From: Diplonema japonicum
Lineage: Eukaryota; Protista; Euglenozoa: Diplonemea
NCBI GenBank assembly: GCA_964019335.1
Contig: OZ025654.1
Coordinates: 620,001 to 684,000, forward strand
Direction: 5' to 3'
DNA: 64,000 bases
Shown: in pieces, positions 50,801 to 62,500 of the stretch
Layout of the letters: every line of letters starts with the position of its first letter
Numbering within the stretch: the stretch's first letter is position 1
Translations under genes and position numbers: made by a program
Notes under the pieces: model-generated
Databases searched by the model: none
Told to the model about the DNA's origin: nothing
The model's input: only the letters and a program-made list of their open reading frames with translations

Positions 50801-52590
50801 GTCAGCGTCTCCGTCGAGGTTTCTGTGGGAAGAGACAGTGTGAGTGTCTCTGTCGTGGTGGGAAGCGACAGTGTCACCGTCTCTGTGCCCGTGGGAAGTG
50901 TTGCTGTTTGTGAGAAGGTCGCCGTCGGTAGTGTCAGTGTCTCCGTCGAGGTCGCCGACGGCAAGGTGATGGTCAGGGTAGCAGTGCCGGTGGGGAGTGT
51001 GAGGGTGAGCGTCTCAGTCCCTGTCGGTAGCGTAAAGGTCGAAGATGCCGTCCCTGTGGGGAGCGTGAAGGTCGTTGTCAGTGTCTCCGTCGGAAGGGTC
51101 ACTGTCCCCGATGCCGTCCCAGTTGGCAAGGTGATTGTCAGCGTCGCTGTGGAAGACGGCAGTGTCACCGTCTCCGTCCCTGTCCCTGTGGGAAGGCTCA
51201 CTGTTGTCGTTTCTGTCGATGTCGGCAGCGACACCGACAGCGTTGCGGTGCTCGTCGGAAGCGTCACCGAGAGCGTTTCCGTCCCAGTCGGGAGGGTTAT
51301 TGTTTCCGACACCGTCGCTGTCGGCAGCGTTATTGTTTCCGAAGCGGTCGCCGTCGGAAGCGAGAAGGATACGGTCTCCGTCGCGGTGGGCAGGGTGATG
51401 GACACGGTGGCAGTGGTGGTCGGCAGCGTCAGGGTCGATGTCTCGGTTCGTGTGTCCAAAGTAAAGGTCTGTGACGTGGTGCCTGTGGGGAGTGTGTATG
51501 TAACCGACCCTGTTCCGGTTGGAAGCGTCATCGTCGAACTAGCTGTTGAAGTGGGCAGCGTCACTGTCAAGGTTTCTGTTGCAGAGGGAAGGGTTACAGT
51601 CACGGTTTCTGTCAAGGACAGCGTCTCGGATGAGGTCAACGACTGCGACACAGTGCTCGTGGGCAAGGTCACTGTCACTGACGCTGTAAGTGTAGGAAGA
51701 GTCACTGTTGATGTAGATGTGCCGGTTGGGAGTGTGAGTGTCAGCGTGGTTGTAGCACTCGGCAGTGTTACCGTTAAGGTTTCCGTAGTTGTGGGCAATG
51801 TAAAAGTCTCAGTTAAAGTGCCAGTCGGTAAGGTGAACGTCATTGATGAGGTTACAGTGGGAAGAGTCAGCGTTGCTGTCACCGTGCCCGAAGGTAGAGT
51901 CAGTGTCAGTGTCTCTGTGCCTGTTGGTAGAGAAGAAGTTATTGTTGCCGTCCCTGTCGGCAACGAGATTGTTTCAGTACTCGTCTCAGTTGGAAGTGTC
52001 ACAGTTTCAGTAGCCGTTACGGTGGGCAGTGTCACAGACATAGTCGAGGTACCTGAAGGCAAGGTGAGCGTGAACGTTTCGGTTGATGTGAGAGAGAATG
52101 TTCTGGACGATGTGGGCAGTGTAACTGTTTCCGACACAGTCCCCGATGGCAGCGTAAGTGTCACCGTCATGGTATCAGTAGGCAGAGTGGCGGACACTGT
52201 CACGGTCTCTGTTGGTAGAGTGACAGACTCTGTCATGGTCCCCGTGGGCAGAGTTGCAGTCACCGTCGTGGTCTCTGTGGGCAGAGTGGTAGACACTGTC
52301 ATGGTCTCTGTGGGCAGAGTGGTAGACACCGTCATGGTCTCGGTGGGCAGAGTGACAGACACTGTCTCGGTTGCTGTGGGTAAAGTGGCTGACACTGTCA
52401 TGGTCTCGGTAGGTAGAGTAGTAGTCACTGTCGTAGTTGCTGTGGGTAGAGTGGTAGATACTGTCATGGTCTCTGTGGCTAGAGTGGCAGACACCGTCTC
52501 AGTGGGCAGAGTGAAAGTAACTGTTGCAGTTACCCCCAACGTGCCACTCACAAAACATAGCAGAACCACCACCCGCACTGCATCTTGCAT
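44872..52590 (-). CDS. Secreted 2572-aa Thr-rich protein: ~200 11-aa LPT(x)TxTxTxT repeats, then ConA/LamG-like and Cys-rich C-terminus
   Basis: Signal peptide; 11-aa periodicity; C-term NEWHQVDVGF...VWVDG...YLDDMLV; no TM helix seen. Confidence 0.88.
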   Translation of the reverse strand: MQDAVRVVVLLCFVSGTLGVTATVTFTLPTETVSATLATETMTVSTTLPTATTTVTTTLPTETMTVSATLPTATETVSVTLPTETMTVSTTLPTETMTVSTTLPTETTTVTATLPTGTMTESVTLPTETVTVSATLPTDTMTVTLTLPSGTVSETVTLPTSSRTFSLTSTETFTLTLPSGTSTMSVTLPTVTATETVTLPTETSTETISLPTGTATITSSLPTGTETLTLTLPSGTVTATLTLPTVTSSMTFTLPTGTLTETFTLPTTTETLTVTLPSATTTLTLTLPTGTSTSTVTLPTLTASVTVTLPTSTVSQSLTSSETLSLTETVTVTLPSATETLTVTLPTSTASSTMTLPTGTGSVTYTLPTGTTSQTFTLDTRTETSTLTLPTTTATVSITLPTATETVSFSLPTATASETITLPTATVSETITLPTGTETLSVTLPTSTATLSVSLPTSTETTTVSLPTGTGTETVTLPSSTATLTITLPTGTASGTVTLPTETLTTTFTLPTGTASSTFTLPTGTETLTLTLPTGTATLTITLPSATSTETLTLPTATFSQTATLPTGTETVTLSLPTTTETLTLSLPTETSTETLTLPTTTGTISFTLPSATETVTFTLPTSTATTTLTLPTSTVTGTLTLPTVTATETLTLPTATATETVTLPTGTASSTFTLPTGTATLTVSLPTTTETLTATLPTATATETFTLPTGTATLTVTLPTSTDSLTLTLPTETASLTLTLPTATVTETFTLPTETESLTFTLPTGTETHTVSLPTGTSTLTLSLPTGTETLTLTLPTATVSETLTLPTSTETLTFTLPTATHTISFTLPTATATLTLTLPTATETLTLSLPTGTATLTVTLPTATLTETFTLPTGTETVTLSLPTSTATVTYSLPTGTESITFSLPTSTETITISLPTATETVTLSLPTGTETVTLSLPTGTETLTLTLPTTTVSETLTLPTSTVTETITLPTATETVTLSLPTGTETVTLTLPTSTATETLTLPTVTDTITFTLPTGTATETLTLPTGTATLTLTLPTATATQTITLPTGTETLTISLPTATDTETLTLPTTTETVTLTLPTGTETLTLSLRTSTATETLTLPTSTATVTVTLPTGTATETLTLPTKTETITLSLPTRSETFTLTMPTGTATLSMTLPTSSATETLTLPTGTETVTLTLPTGTATLTLTLPTSTATETLTLPTSTETHTFTLPTGTATETFTLPTGTETLTLSLPTGTATVTLTLPTSTATVTLTLPTSTATETFTLPTGTETVTFTLPTGTETQTLTLPTSTATETLTLPTATETHTFTLPTGTATETFTLPTGTETVTLSLPTGTETLTLTLPTSTATLTITLPTSTATETLTLPTGTETITFTLPTGTETLTLTLPTSTATETLTLPTSTETHTFTLPTGTATETFTLPTGTETVTLSLPTGTETLTLTLPTSTATLTITLPTSTATETLTLPTGTETITFTLPTGTETLTLTLPTSTATETLTLPTSTETHTFTLPTGTATETFTLPTGTETVTLSLPTGTETLTLTLPTSTATLTITLPTSTATETLTLPTGTETITFTLPTGTETLTLTLPTSTATETLTLPTSTETHTFTLPTGTATETFTLPTGTETITLSLPTGTVTWTLTLPTSTATETLTLPTSTETHTFTLPTGTATETYTLPTGTETLTLSLPTGTATVTLTLPTSTATVTLTLPTSTATETFTLPTGTETVTFSLPTGTETLTLTLPTATATETLTLPTSTETHTFTLPTGTATETFTLPTGTETITLSLPTGTETLTLTLPTSTVTETLTLPTSTATETFTLPTGTETVTFTLPTSTETWTLTLPTGTETLTLTLPTSTETHTFTLPTETATETFTLPTGTETVTFSLPTRTETLTLTLPTSTVTETLTLPTSTETHTFTLPTETASETFTLPTGTETMTLSLPTGTASLTLTFPTGTASYTMSIPTGSATFSLTLPTGTETTSMTMPTGTNTLTFTLPTGTQTFSMTLPTGTATETFTLPTGTATETLTLPTSTATETLTLPTGTETFTLTMPTGTATYSLTLPTGTQTFTLTLPTGTSTFSVTLPTSTMTETMTIPTGSATFSLTFPTGTITQTVTLPTGTETQSLTETHTVSLTLPTRTESLSETHTETRSMTLPTLSETASATLTLGTLSDTFTVSLITASSTLTGTATIPTVTDTTTLTGTASATLTETHTETSTVSLTVPTRTASLRTGTLTASETLTLLTRSLTETKTLTTSATDTDTFSASESATFSASSSMSHTTSGTLCETAMTAEPLPLEGDTVWQEMFNWRSAWYSVNGSLGYKLVDGNPALKGDDGSEAKWGGSVPGRHVRFKMRKTGWEDSYVTLGMWSSSEGLVGNITVGGGMVWGVTCGGVKLDSKKQFEPNEWHQVDVGFNGSTPLVWVDGAALQTCSACLPTHSDTLHSATFYAKSEAYLDDMLVCKSGTCKVQPYRTCSATGFCYPYVCHEGELSPDTHTCVETTGRFVGTTLSECASGRRGLSCEGLLTCEESRKTLGLPSDCSIARVPYNEESCRACVNSAPSWGRECLFRRVG

Positions 52591-53555
52591 TTCCCTTTGA
52601 GAAAATTCTCATTACCCGCATGGGAAAGTAAGAAAAGAAATGAAGCCTGCTTGTGTAAATACAAAAGCATCTAAAGAATAGTGTGCGCGCTGTGGAAACA
52701 GCGCTAGTTCCCTTTTTCTTTTTCCCCTTTTATTCTTCTGTCTACTTCTTGGATTCATAAATTGGCAAAAGTGGAGCGGGTAGGGGAGATATAAAAAGAA
52801 GCATGCTCAAGCAAACTGTCTACATAGTGAAGCAACGTAAAGAACAAGAGAAAAAAAAAAAAGAAAGGTACCGTACTATTGAGTCCTTACTCTTGCCCTC
52901 ATATTTCTCAAAAATCTTTTCGTACCGTCTTCTGGGCCGCGTTGCTGAATCTCTGACGTTTCGTGTGTTCCACGAGGTGGTACCGTTGTCGGGGTGGCTC
53001 GTCGAAAAGTACTAAATGAAATGAATTTAGAAATCTGAAAGGCGTTTTTATCTTCTTTTTTTAACACCCTAATTTTTCCTTCTTTTTTTTTTTTAAATTA
53101 TCCGAGCTGCTTCTCTTCTTGCGGCAAAAAAAAAATATAAAGGTGGGGACCGAAACACGGGGGTGGAAAGAAAGCACATAGGCTCGACTTCTGTTCTTTT
53201 TTTCCCGGCAAAATAAAAGAAAATGAAAATGGAAAAAGAGAGTAGACGGTCCGACTATAACAAAAAGCCATGACCGCAACAAACTACTACTGCAGAGGCC
53301 AAGTCACAGGCCTCCGAAAGCAAAAAAAGAGAAGGGGAAAAAACCAAAAAACAAAAAAAAAAACAAAAAAGAAAGGGAGGAAAATGCGGAGTGTGTGTTG
53401 ATAACTACTGCGTTTTGATTCATTTTCCTGCTGCATTCGCTTTCCGCATGTTTCAGTCGTTTCAGGGTAACCTGCAGCACGTTGGCTTGAAGGTATAAAC
53501 ATAATGTAGATTTCTTTTTTTGAAAATTCTTTTGTTGAAAGGAAGAGGTTCATTT

Positions 53556-56500
53556 TTACACCATGACATCGACCCAGTCTGCAGCTTGTGCCAAGGCACC
53601 TGACGCTCCTGCACCAGGAGCTGCACCTGGAGCCGCACCTGCCCCCATACCCACACCTGCAGCACCAGCACCCGCAGCACCACCAGCACCTGCTGCCGCC
53701 CCCCCTGCTACACCAACAGCCGTGAACTGCACCACAGCCAACACCACAACTACTACCCCAGCCATCACAATGAGCCCCCCGAGGACGACGACATATGTCT
53801 TGGTGCTCTTTTGCTTTCCGATAGTATGCTCAGCTAGCAGCGTCGAGGGTGGGGGTGCGAACGTGTTCGCCTCTAGTGTCGGCACAGGCGGGGACACTAT
53901 AGTCGGCAGAGGAACGTCACTCACTGGTGCCACAGTCGGAGAAGGCACCGTAGTGGGCAAAGGAGCGGGAGTAGACAGCACAGGCGGCGGAACCACTGTT
54001 GGAGCTACTGTCGGCGGCACAGTTGGCACAATCGTTGGAACCGGTGTCGGTGCTGGCGTGGGCCGCACGGTTGGCCACGGAGTAGGCGGCATTGTAGACG
54101 TTCGCGTGTCCGTCGAACTGAGACTCACAGACTCAGTTCCTGTGAGGATCGTGGAAGACACCGTCCCAGTCTCTGAAAAGGTTCCTGTGAGGGAGGTGCT
54201 ATCTGTGCCCGTCAGGGTGGTCGTATCGGTGACTGTGGGGATGGTTGCCGTTCCTGTCAGCGTAGAGGACGCAGTGATCAAACTCACAGTGAAGGTGTCA
54301 GAAAGCGTGCCAAGAGTCAATGTTGCGGAGGCGGTCTCCGACAGCGTGGGCAGCGTCATGGATCTCGTCTCCGTGTGCGTCTCCGAGAGCGACTCTGTCG
54401 GTGTCGGCAGCGTTAGCGACACTGTGTGGGTTTCCGTGAGCGATTGGGTCTCCGTCCCTGTGGGCAGTGTCGCCGTCTGCGTTATTGTCCCTGTTGCGAA
54501 GGTCAAACTGAAGGTCTCGGTATGTGTTGGGAGTGTCAATGTCTCAGTCATAGTGGAGGTGGGCAGTGTTAAAGACCGTGATGGTGAAGCAGTAGGGGGC
54601 GTGATTGAAGGCGTCAGTGTTCCTGAGGGCAGTGTGAATGAATGCGTCTCTGTTGCAGTTGGCATTGTGCTACTGATTGTCCTTGAGTGTGTAGGAAGGG
54701 TAGAGCTATCAGTCACTGTTGCGGTTGGAAGTGACAGAGATTTCGTTTCCGTCCCAGTAGGAAGTGTAAAGGTCTCAGTTGCAGTCCCGGTAGGAAGCGT
54801 GAACGTGGAGGATGGAGTTTCTGTTGGCAACGTTACCGTAGCAGTTTCTGTTTCTGTTGGCATCGTCATGGAAGTTGTTTCAGTGCCTGTGGGGAGTGTC
54901 AGCGAGAAGGTGGCCGACCCTGTGGGGATGGACATCGTGTAAGAAGCTGTGCCAGTCGGGAAGGTCAGCGTGAGCGATGCGGTGCCAGTAGGCAGCGACA
55001 GCGTCATTGTTTCCGTCCCTGTTGGCAGTGTAATAGTCTCGCTGGCTGTTCCGGTAGGAAGTGTGAGGGTAGTTGTCCCAGTTCCCGTTGGCAGCGTCAT
55101 TGTCTCTGACTCGGTCAATGTGGGTAGTGTTTGTGTAAAAGTCCCTGTTCTTGTAGGGAGAGATATGGTCGCCGTTTCTGTCGTTGTGGGCAGCGTGAGG
55201 GTTTCCGTTTCCGTCCGTGTGGGAACAGTAATGCTGACTGTTTGGGAATAAGTGGGCAGCGTCACCGTTTCTGTCACGGTTGAGGTGGGCAACGTCTGTG
55301 TAACGGTTTGAGTCTTTGTTAAAAGCGTAAGCGTGACCGTTTCAGTCCTCGAAGGAAGGGTGAGTGTCACCGTGTTAGTGATTGTGGGAAGTGTCAGTGT
55401 TTCACTTTCAGTCCCCGTGGGCAACGTAAAGCTTGCTGTCATAGTGTGCGTTGGTAGTGTGAGAGTTGCAGTCCCCGTTACTGTGGGTAGCGAGACAGTA
55501 AACGTCTCAGTTTTGGTCGGAATGCTAAAAGTGTCAGTCTCCGTTCCTGTTGGCAGCGTCATTGTTTCTGTCTCCGTTGAAGTGGGGAGGGTAAATGTGA
55601 GGGTAGCAGTGTGGGTTGGAAGTGTGAGAGTCAAAGACAGTGACCCTGTTGGCAATGATAACGTAGTGGTCACAGTGGCTGTTGGCAGGGTAATCGTCTC
55701 CGAGGTAGAAAGCGTAGGTAGCGTGAAGGAGAAAGTCCCAGTCACAGTTGGGAGCGTTGATGTGAGGGTCGTTGTGGCGGTCGGCTGAGTAACCGAGTAC
55801 GAAACACTAACCGTTGGCATTGTAGGTGTGGAGGACATGGTCCCACTGGGCAGTGTCATAGTCACTGTCGCAGTGGGAAGGCTGATGGTGATGGTCTCTG
55901 TACCTGTAAAGAGGGTGAAGGAACTCGAAGCCGTGCCTGAAGGCAGCGTGAATGTTTCCGTCAGTGTCTGTGTGGGAAGAGTGATACTTTCAGAAGCCGT
56001 TAACGTGGGCAACGTAATAGTCTCGCTGAGAGTACTGGACGGGAGGGTCAAAGACACTGTTTCTGTCCGTGTCGGCAGTGTGATCGTCTCTGTCCCTGTG
56101 ACGGTCGGGAGGGTTGCTGTGCTGCTGAGCGTTACTGTTGGCAGCGTTAATGTTTCAGATCTCGTCGCGGTCGGCAGTGTTAACGTCGATGTGAAGGTCT
56201 CAGTGCGAAGCGTGATCGTCACTGTTTCGGTATTGGTGGGCAACGTGAAGGTTTCTGTCGCTGTCCACGTCGGCAGCGTTATTGTTTGCGACACTGTAGC
56301 AGTGGGAAGCGTCAGCGAAACTGTGTTTGTTGCACTCGGGAGCGTGAACGTTGCGGTTGCCGTCATCGTAGGCAACGTTACCGTCTCAGACACTGACTCT
56401 GTTGGTAATGTAAAGGTTTCCGTAGCTGTACTAGTTGGCAGAGTAAGCGTAACTGTTTCTGTTCCAGTAGGAAGCGAAAGGGTGACCGTCTCCGTGGCTG

Positions 56501-59500
56501 TAGGAAGAGTGATGGTTTCTGTCACAGTGCTCGTCGGAAGCGTGAAGGTCTCCGTCACCGTAGCTGTGGGCAAGGTCAGTGTTAACGTTTCAGTCCTTGT
56601 CGGTAGAGAAAGTGTTACGGTTTCCGTTCTAGTTCGCAACGTAAGTGAAACCGTCTCCGTTCCCGTAGGCAAAGTAGAGGTCACGGTCTCTGTCGCCGTG
56701 GGCATGGTTGACGTTGCACTTATCGTTTCTGAAGGAAGAGTGATGGACAAGGTAGCTGTGCTAGTGGGGAGCGTGAGGGTTAGCGTCTGAGTCCCCGTAG
56801 GTAAGGTGAAGGTAGAAGAAGCTGTACCTGTGGGGAGAGTCACGGTTTCGGTTGCAGTTGCTGTTGGCAACGTAAGCGTCTCTGTCGCCGTGACAGTGGG
56901 TAGAGTCAGGGTCCCAGTCACTGTACTCGTAGGAAGCGTTAGTGTCGTCGTCGCGGTGGAGGTCGGCAGGGTGAAGGTGACGGTCTCCGTGGCTGACGGC
57001 AGCGTGAATGAAATTGTCCCCGTCGTCGTCGGTAGCGTCAGCGTCTCCGTCGAGGTTTCTGTGGGAAGAGACAGTGTGAGTGTCTCTGTCGTGGTGGGAA
57101 GCGACAGTGTCACCGTCTCTGTGCCCGTGGGAAGTGTTGCTGTTTGTGAGAAGGTCGCCGTCGGTAGTGTCAGTGTCTCCGTCGAGGTCGCCGACGGCAA
57201 GGTGATGGTCAGGGTAGCAGTGCCGGTGGGGAGTGTGAGGGTGAGCGTCTCAGTCCCTGTCGGTAGCGTAAAGGTCGAAGATGCCGTCCCTGTGGGGAGC
57301 GTGAAGGTCGTTGTCAGTGTCTCCGTCGGAAGGGTCACTGTCCCCGATGCCGTCCCAGTTGGCAAGGTGATTGTCAGCGTCGCTGTGGAAGACGGCAGTG
57401 TCACCGTCTCCGTCCCTGTCCCTGTGGGAAGGCTCACTGTTGTCGTTTCTGTCGATGTCGGCAGCGACACCGACAGCGTTGCGGTGCTCGTCGGAAGCGT
57501 CACCGAGAGCGTTTCCGTCCCAGTCGGGAGGGTTATTGTTTCCGACACCGTCGCTGTCGGCAGCGTTATTGTTTCCGAAGCGGTCGCCGTCGGAAGCGAG
57601 AAGGATACGGTCTCCGTCGCGGTGGGCAGGGTGATGGACACGGTGGCAGTGGTGGTCGGCAGCGTCAGGGTCGATGTCTCGGTTCGTGTGTCCAAAGTAA
57701 AGGTCTGTGACGTGGTGCCTGTGGGGAGTGTGTATGTAACCGACCCTGTTCCGGTTGGAAGCGTCATCGTCGAACTAGCTGTTGAAGTGGGCAGCGTCAC
57801 TGTCAAGGTTTTTGTTGCAGAGGGAAGGGTTACAGTCAGTGTCGCCGTGGAAGACGGCAGTGTCACCGTCTCCGTCCCTGTCCCTGTGGGAAGGCTCACT
57901 GTCGTCGTTTCCGTTGATGTCGGCAACGACACCGACAGCGTTGCGGTGCTCGTTGGAAGCGTCACCGAGAGCGTTTCCGTCCCAGTCGGGAGGGTTATTG
58001 TTTCCGACACCGTCGCTGTCGGGAGCGTTATTGTTTCCGAAGCGGTCGCCGTCGGAAGCGACAACGACAGTGTCAAGGATGATGTTGCTGTTGTACTTAC
58101 TGTGCTCGTTGGTAACGAAATTGTCATCGTGCTCGATGCAGTGTCCGTAGGTAGGGACAGTGACATTGTCACCGAAGCAGTACTCGTAGGTAGTGATACG
58201 CTGACTGTAGCAGACACCGTGTCAGTGGGTAGGGTAATGGTTTCCGTTGCGGTCAGTGTTTGCGTGGGTATTGTGAAGCTCGTCGTCGCACTCCTGGAGG
58301 TGCTTTCTGATGTTGTCAACGTGATTGTTGGGAGAGTGAATGTTTCAGTAAACGTATTTGTGCTTGTTGGCAGCGATATACTTAAGGACTCACTCATGGT
58401 GGCCGATTGTGACAGCGTGCTAGTGGGAAGAGAAATGGTCTCAGTCACAGTTGATGTGGCTGAGGGTAATGTCACACTCACTGAAGTTGAAAAAGTGGAT
58501 GTTGGAAGTGTCAAGCTCACTGTCTCACTCAAACTCAGTGATTCACTTTGAGTCAGGGTGGGCAGGGTTATTGTCTCTGTGGCCGTTACAGTTCCAGTTG
58601 GGAGTGTGATGCTCGTGGTGTCTGTTTCTGTCAACGAAGCTGTCACACTCACAGTCTCCGTTGGGAGGGTCAAGCTCGAAGTGAAGGTTGCTGAGCTGGT
58701 GGGAAGAGTGATGCTCACCGACTCTGATGTGGTCTGTGACTCCGTCAGTGTTGAAGTAGGAAGAGAAATCGTTTCCGTTGCAGAAATGGTTGCTGTCGGA
58801 AGTGTCAAGCTCACCGACTCCGAAAAGGTCTCCGTTGGTAAGGTGATACTCACTGTTTGCGTTTCTGAGAGAGACAATGTTACCGTGCTAGTCGGCAGTG
58901 ATATGGTCTCACTTGCTGTGACAGTTGATGTAGGCAGTGTTAAACTTGTTGTCAGAGTGGGAAGTGACAAGGACTCGGTAAAGGTGATTGTTGCAGTTGG
59001 AAGAGTGATGCTCTCTGTCCTTGTTGCTGTTAATGAAAGGCTCTCCGTCACCGTCGGAAGTGTGAATGTTTCTGTGGGTGTGAACGTTGCAGTTGGCAAC
59101 GAAAGACTCACAGTCTCAGAGAGAGTTGCTGATGGAATTGTGATGCTGAGTGTTTCGGTTGTTGTCAAAGACTGAGACACAGTGCTCGTTGGAAGAGTGA
59201 TTGTTTCCGAAAGGGTTGCCGTCCCAGTTGGGAGTGTGACGCTCAATGTTGCAGTGTCAGAAATGGACAAGCTTTCACTCACTGTGAGTGTTGGAAGACT
59301 GATGGTTTCAGTGAATGTACCGGTTTCAGTTGGAAGAGTGATGCTGATTGTTTCAGTTGATGACAGTGACACCGACGATGTGATAGTTGGTAAAGTTATG
59401 GTCTCAGTCACAGTTGATGTGGCTGAGGGTAATGTCACACTCACTGAAGTTGAAAAAGTGGATGTTGGAAGTGTCAAGCTCACTGTCTCACTCAAACTCA

Positions 59501-62500
59501 GTGATTCACTCTGAGTCAGGGTGGGCAGGGTTATTGTCTCTGTGGCCGTTACAGTCCCAGTTGGGAGTGTGATGCTCGTGGTGCCTGTTTCTGTCAACGA
59601 AGCTGTCACACTCACAGTCTCCGTTGGGAGGGTCAAGCTCGAAGTGAAGGTTGCTGAGCTGGTGGGAAGAGTGATGCTCACCGACTCTGATGTGGTCTGT
59701 GACTCCGTCATTGTTGAAGTTGGAAGAGAAATCGTTTCCGTTGCAGAAATGGTTGCTGTCGGAAGTGTCAAGCTCACCGACTCCGAAAAGGTCTCCGTTG
59801 GTAAGGTGATACTCACTGTTTGCGTTTCTGAGAGAGACAATGTTACCGTGCTAGTCGGCAGTGATATGGTCTCGCTTGCTGTGACAGTTGATGTAGGCAG
59901 TGTTAGACTCGTTGTGACAGTAACACTTGTTGTCAAAGTAGGAAGCGTCAAGGACTCGGTAAAGGTGATTGTTGCAGTTGGAAGTGTGATGCTCACCGTG
60001 CTTGTTGCTGTTAATGAAATGCTCTCCGTCATTGTCGGAAGTGTGAATGTTTCTGTGAGTGTGAACGTTGCAGTTGGCAACGAAAGACTCACAGTCTCAG
60101 AGAGAGTTGCTGATGGAATTGTGATGCTGAATGTTTCGGTTGTTGTCAAAGACTGAGACACAGTGCTCGTTGGAAGAGTGATTGTTTCCGAAAGGGTTGC
60201 TGTCCCAGTTGGGAGTGTGACGCTCAATGTCTCAGTGTCAGAAATGGACAAGCTTTCACTCACTGTGAGTGTTGGGAGAGTAATAGTTTCAGTGAACGTG
60301 CTGGTTGCAGACAGTGACACCGACGATGTGATAGTTGGTAAAGTTATGGTCTCGGTCACGGTAGTAGTTGCTGTTGGTAATGTCACACTCACTGAAGTTG
60401 AAAAAGTGGATGTTGGGAGTGTGATGCTCGTGGTGCCTGTTTCTGTCAACGAAGCTGTCACACTCACAGTCTCCGTTGGGAGGGTCAAGCTCGAAGTGAA
60501 GGTTGCTGAGCTGGTGGGAAGAGTGATGCTCACCGACTCTGATGTGGTCTGTGACTCCGTCATTGTTGAAGTTGGAAGAGAAATCGTTTCCGTTGCAGAA
60601 ATGGTTGCTGTCGGAAGTGTCAAGCTCACCGACTCCGAAAAGGTCTCCGTTGGTAAGGTGATACTCACTGTTTGCGTTTCTGAGAGAGACAATGTTACCG
60701 TGCTAGTCGGCAGTGATATGGTCTCACTTGCTGTGACAGTTGATGTAGGCAGTGTTAAACTTGTTGTGAAAGTTACAGTTGTCGTCAAGGTAGGAAGTGA
60801 CAAGGACTCGGTAAAGGTGATTGTTGCAGTTGGAAGAGTGATGCTCTCTGTCCTTGTTGCTGTTAATGAAATGCTCTCCGTCACCGTCGGAAGTGTGAAT
60901 GTTTCTGTGAGTGTGAATGTTGCAGTTTGCAACGAAAGACTCACAGTCTCAGAGAGAGTTGCTGATGGAATTGTGATGCTGAGTGTTTCGGTTGTTGTCA
61001 AAGACTGAGACACAGTGCCTGTTGGAAGAGTGATTGTTTCCGAAAGGGTTGCTGTCCCAGTTGGGAGTGTGACGCTCAATGTCTCAGTGTCAGAAATGGA
61101 CAAGCTTTCACTCACTGTGAGTGTTGGAAGACTGATGGTGTCAGTGAATGTATTGGTTGCAGACAGTGACACCGACGATGTGATAGTTGGTAAAGTTATG
61201 GTCTCAGTCACAGTAGTAGTTGCTGTTGGTAATGTCACACTCACTGAAGTTGAAAAAGTGGATGTTGGGAGTGTGATGCTCGTGGTGCCTGTTTCTGTCA
61301 ACGAAGCTGTCACACTCACAGTCTCCGTTGGGAGGGTCAAGCTCGAAGTGAAGGTTGCTGAGCTGGTGGGAAGAGTGATGCTCACCGACTCTGATGTGGT
61401 CTGTGACTCCGTCATTGTTGAAGTTGGAAGAGAAATCGTTTCCGTTGCAGAAATGGTTGCTGTCGGAAGTGTCAAGCTCACCGACTCCGAAAAGGTCTCC
61501 GTTGGTAAGGTGATACTCACTGTTTGCGTTTCTGAGAGAGACAATGTTACCGTGCTAGTCGGCAGTGATATGGTCTCACTTGCTGTGACAGTTGATGTAG
61601 GCAGTGTTAGACTCGTTGTGACAGTAACACTTGTTGTCAAAGTAGGAAGCGTCAAGGACTCGGTAAAGGTGATTGTTGCAGTTGGAAGAGTGATGCTCAC
61701 CGTGCTTGTTGCTGTTAATGAAATGCTCTCCGTCATTGTCGGAAGTGTGAATGTTTCTGTGAGTGTGAACGTTGCAGTTGGCAACGAAAGACTCACAGTC
61801 TCAGAGAGAGTTGCTGATGGAATTGTGATGCTGAATGTTTCGGTTGTTGTCAAAGACTGAGACACAGTGCTCGTTGGAAGAGTGATTGTTTCCGAAAGGG
61901 TTGCTGTCCCAGTTGGGAGTGTGACGCTCAATGTCTCAGTGTCCGAAATGGACAAGCTTTCACTCACTGTGAGTGTTGGGAGAGTGATGGTTTCAGTGAA
62001 TGTACTGGTCATCGTTGGAAGAGTGATGCTGATTGTTTCAGTCACACTCACTGAAGTTGAAAAAGTGGATGTTGGAAGTGTCAAGCTCACTGTCTCACTC
62101 AAACTCAGTGATTCACTTTGAGTCAGGGTGGGCAGGGTTATTGTCTCTGTGGCCGTTACAGTTCCAGTTGGGAGTGTGATGCTCGTGGTGTCTGTTTCTG
62201 TCAACGAAGCTGTCACACTCACAGTCTCCGTTGGGAGGGTCAAGCTCGAAGTGAAGGTTGCTGAGCTGGTGGGAAGAGTGATGCTCACCGACTCTGATGT
62301 GGTCTGTGACTCCGTCAGTGTTGAAGTAGGAAGAGAAATCGTTTCCGTTGCAGAAATGGTTGCTGTCGGAAGTGTCAAGCTCACCGACTCCGAAAAGGTC
62401 TCCGTTGGTAAGGTGATACTCACTGTTTGCGTTTCTGAGAGAGACAATGTTACCGTGCTAGTCGGCAGTGATATGGTCTCACTTGCTGTGACAGTTGATG

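Noticed and set aside
53462-53477. gggtaacctgcag resembling the LINE 3' end
   Set aside because: Too short, lacks the CACATAC loop and an adjacent T tail.
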